From Rhizodiscina lignyota (taxonomy: Eukaryota), in the NCBI GenBank assembly GCA_010015805.1, contig ML978121.1, positions 2,914,001 through 2,978,000 of the forward strand: a stretch of 64,000 nt of DNA, in the 5' to 3' direction. A program made the position numbers and the translations under genes. Positions 62,063 through 64,000 of this stretch are shown here, piece by piece. The notes beneath the pieces are model-generated. The model did no database searches. It saw only the letters and a list, made by a program, of their open reading frames with translations, and had not been told where the DNA came from. Every line of letters begins with the position of its first letter. Positions within the stretch are counted from its first letter, which is position 1.

Positions 62063-62919
62063 ATGCCACTAATGCCTGAATCTACTGCAATGGCTACCAC
62101 AGTTCCGCCCTCATCCACTCTCCCACCAGAAGTAATAACCTGTCTCCAAAATGCGCGATTCGTATGTCTCTTCTCTTTTCTTCTCAAAGCTCTCACCTTT
62201 ATCTCTCGAGTCTTTTATACCCCGCAGTCTCCGAATCTAATCTTCAGTAGCTCCACCTTGCGACCTCTCATGCCAACCAACCCCACATCTCTCTCATGAA
62301 CTACACATATCTCCCATCGACTCCTTTCCGTTCCACCCCTACCATAATCATGACTACTCCGCCCGCCTCAAATTCCAAGAAGACCGCCAATCTCCTCGCA
62401 AACCCGCAAGTCTCACTCCTCGTACACGACTGGGTCTCCCATCGACCGCCAACACTATCTTCACCAGATCAGCAAACCAGCACAGCCGGCGACGGCAATT
62501 CAGCAAGCGGAGGAAGTGCTGTACGTAGCCAGAGTCCCAGCGGCCGAGGCGCATCGAGTCTAGCCAGTCTGCTGCTCGGAATCAACACAGCGGCCCTCTC
62601 GCGAATCAGCGTGACGCTGAACGGCGTGGCCGAGATTCTGCCTGAGGACTCGGAAGAAGCGAATTGGTGCAAGGCGCGACATGTGGAGAACAACACGTTT
62701 GAGCCTGGACAGTCGTCTAGCATCGGGTCTGGGATCTTTGGCGGGAGCAACGCAGCCAGTGGGGATGGGGATGGGGGCGCAGGGTGCTATATTGAGGGTG
62801 AGGAGGTCAGAGTCGTGGTGGTGCGGATACAAGATGGACGGCTATCGGATTGGAAGGGGCGAGTGGAAGATTGGACTGTTGGTGACGGGGAAGGGGAAGG
62901 ATTGGTGAATGGAGCATGA
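62063..62919 (+). CDS. Pyridoxamine 5'-phosphate oxidase-like protein (YGR017W-like)
   Basis: LPPEVITCLQNARF/LHLAT...PHISLMNYTY, KKTANLLANPQVSLLVHDW and RLSDWKGRVEDW. Intron 62162-62250. Start ATG uncertain. Confidence 0.85.
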
Positions 62920-63687
62920 AGAATGGCCTTTGACATGGCATTCGAGCACCAAGAGAAGTTGGGATGGGGACAAATGAAGTTGATCTCCTTTCATCGGAGC
63001 TCGTGCAATGATGGTATCGAACAGATGATAACACTTGTCGCAAACTATCCGTGAGTACTTGATACGAGGCTATCCATATCACGCAAGCAGATGTGACCGA
63101 GAGTGGATGATGCATTCTATACGATAATGAGGGTTCACGTTAGCAACATGAACAATGAGAATGAAGTCATGAAGTTCCGATGATTGATTCATGCCTAGTC
63201 GTTTTGACCGATGAAGAAACTAGTGTACATTTTCCGATTGTCTGTTCAGGGTATGCCCATATCCCTATCCGTGCCGTCATCATTGATTCATGAGTGGTAT
63301 AGTGCAGTCAGAACCGTCAAATGCAAATAAACGCCTGCTTAAAGTCCATGATGTGAGAGTGGGGAAGCCATGGACAGCCCTGAAAGCTACTGGTGACCAG
63401 AGCCATAGCGCGAGAGCGTGTTTCTCGCATCATCCCTCGAGTGCCTCCGAGTGTGATCGCTGGCCTCCGGAAGATTTTCAATCGAGACACGCTTTCGGAA
63501 TTGAGACGGAGACTCTTTCGAAGCATCAGGCATGTCGTCGGCAGCATCGCTGTGTGAAGAAAAGTATAAGTATGAACCAAGGTCATCATTCTTTAGGAAG
63601 TGTGCAACGAAGGAAAAGAAGTAGTTCGGCAGGATGTTAGGATGTAGGTGATTGGGCGTTCAGATTGTAGGAGCTTCTGCAAGGCAC

Positions 63688-64000
63688 CTACGTATAGGTC
63701 TTGTTGCCGCCCACAGTCTTGGAGCCGTCAAGGTCGGAGTCGACGCGAGGATCGACCTTGTTCATCATGTCTGAGGAGTGAGGACCCGCCGTATCTAAAG
63801 TAGGTAAGCAAAATTAGCACAGCTCTGAGTTTCATGTTTGCACGAGGGATAACATACTGGGCGCAGGGCCTGGAGCACCACTGCCGGTCACACCAGCACC
63901 GTGAGTACCAGCACCATGAGTACCGCTAGTGCCAAAGCCAGCATCACCGTATCCAGCGCCACCAGTAGTACCAGTCACACCTGAGTCGTAAGTGTTGGTG
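63688..64000 (-). CDS. Dehydrin-like DPR-repeat protein (DprA/DprB-like), 3' end only
   Basis: Gly/Thr-rich stretch, an intron at about 63796-63857, then TAGPHSSDMMNKVDPRVDSDLDGSKTVG. Confidence 0.85.

Noticed and set aside
1..64000. tRNA, rRNA, CRISPR arrays, telomeric tracts, and long antisense ORFs (e.g. 15249-16070, 12273-13199)
   Set aside because: No RNA genes or arrays were recognised by eye. The antisense ORFs are shadows of real genes on the opposite strand.

Overview
Gene-dense segment of a filamentous ascomycete genome (Pezizomycotina; short GT-AG introns with CTRAY branch sites). Conserved genes form the backbone: an ABC1 kinase, RPS4, a class II aldolase, palI/RIM9, ATG29, a double-Myb telobox protein, COQ4, NTM1, PDCD5, VPS16, a PDR-type ABC transporter, RGD1, a PNPOx-like gene and a DPR dehydrin. 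Accessory patches interrupt it at about 1.4-3.9 kb, 22-35 kb and 49-58.7 kb. The best candidate for an undescribed system is a compact head-to-head pair at 1459-3847: a DUF6594-type membrane protein, apparently frameshifted just before its TM helices, facing an intact, intron-containing stand-alone retropepsin-like aspartic protease. This layout resembles fungal protease/effector cell-death gene pairs, but that function is inference only. Other notable structures: a Zn2Cys6 TF plus GPI-carboxylesterase cassette bracketed by ~270-bp direct repeats; an inverted, intron-retaining 119-bp copy of the aldolase gene fused to one repeat; a secreted M35-like protein lacking the catalytic Glu; a secreted tandem CBM52-like protein; a RIP-like decayed ORF; and two convergent F-box-like paralogs around a secreted Cys-rich gene. 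All calls come from manual translation and motif recognition. No database searches were run, and exon boundaries are manual predictions.
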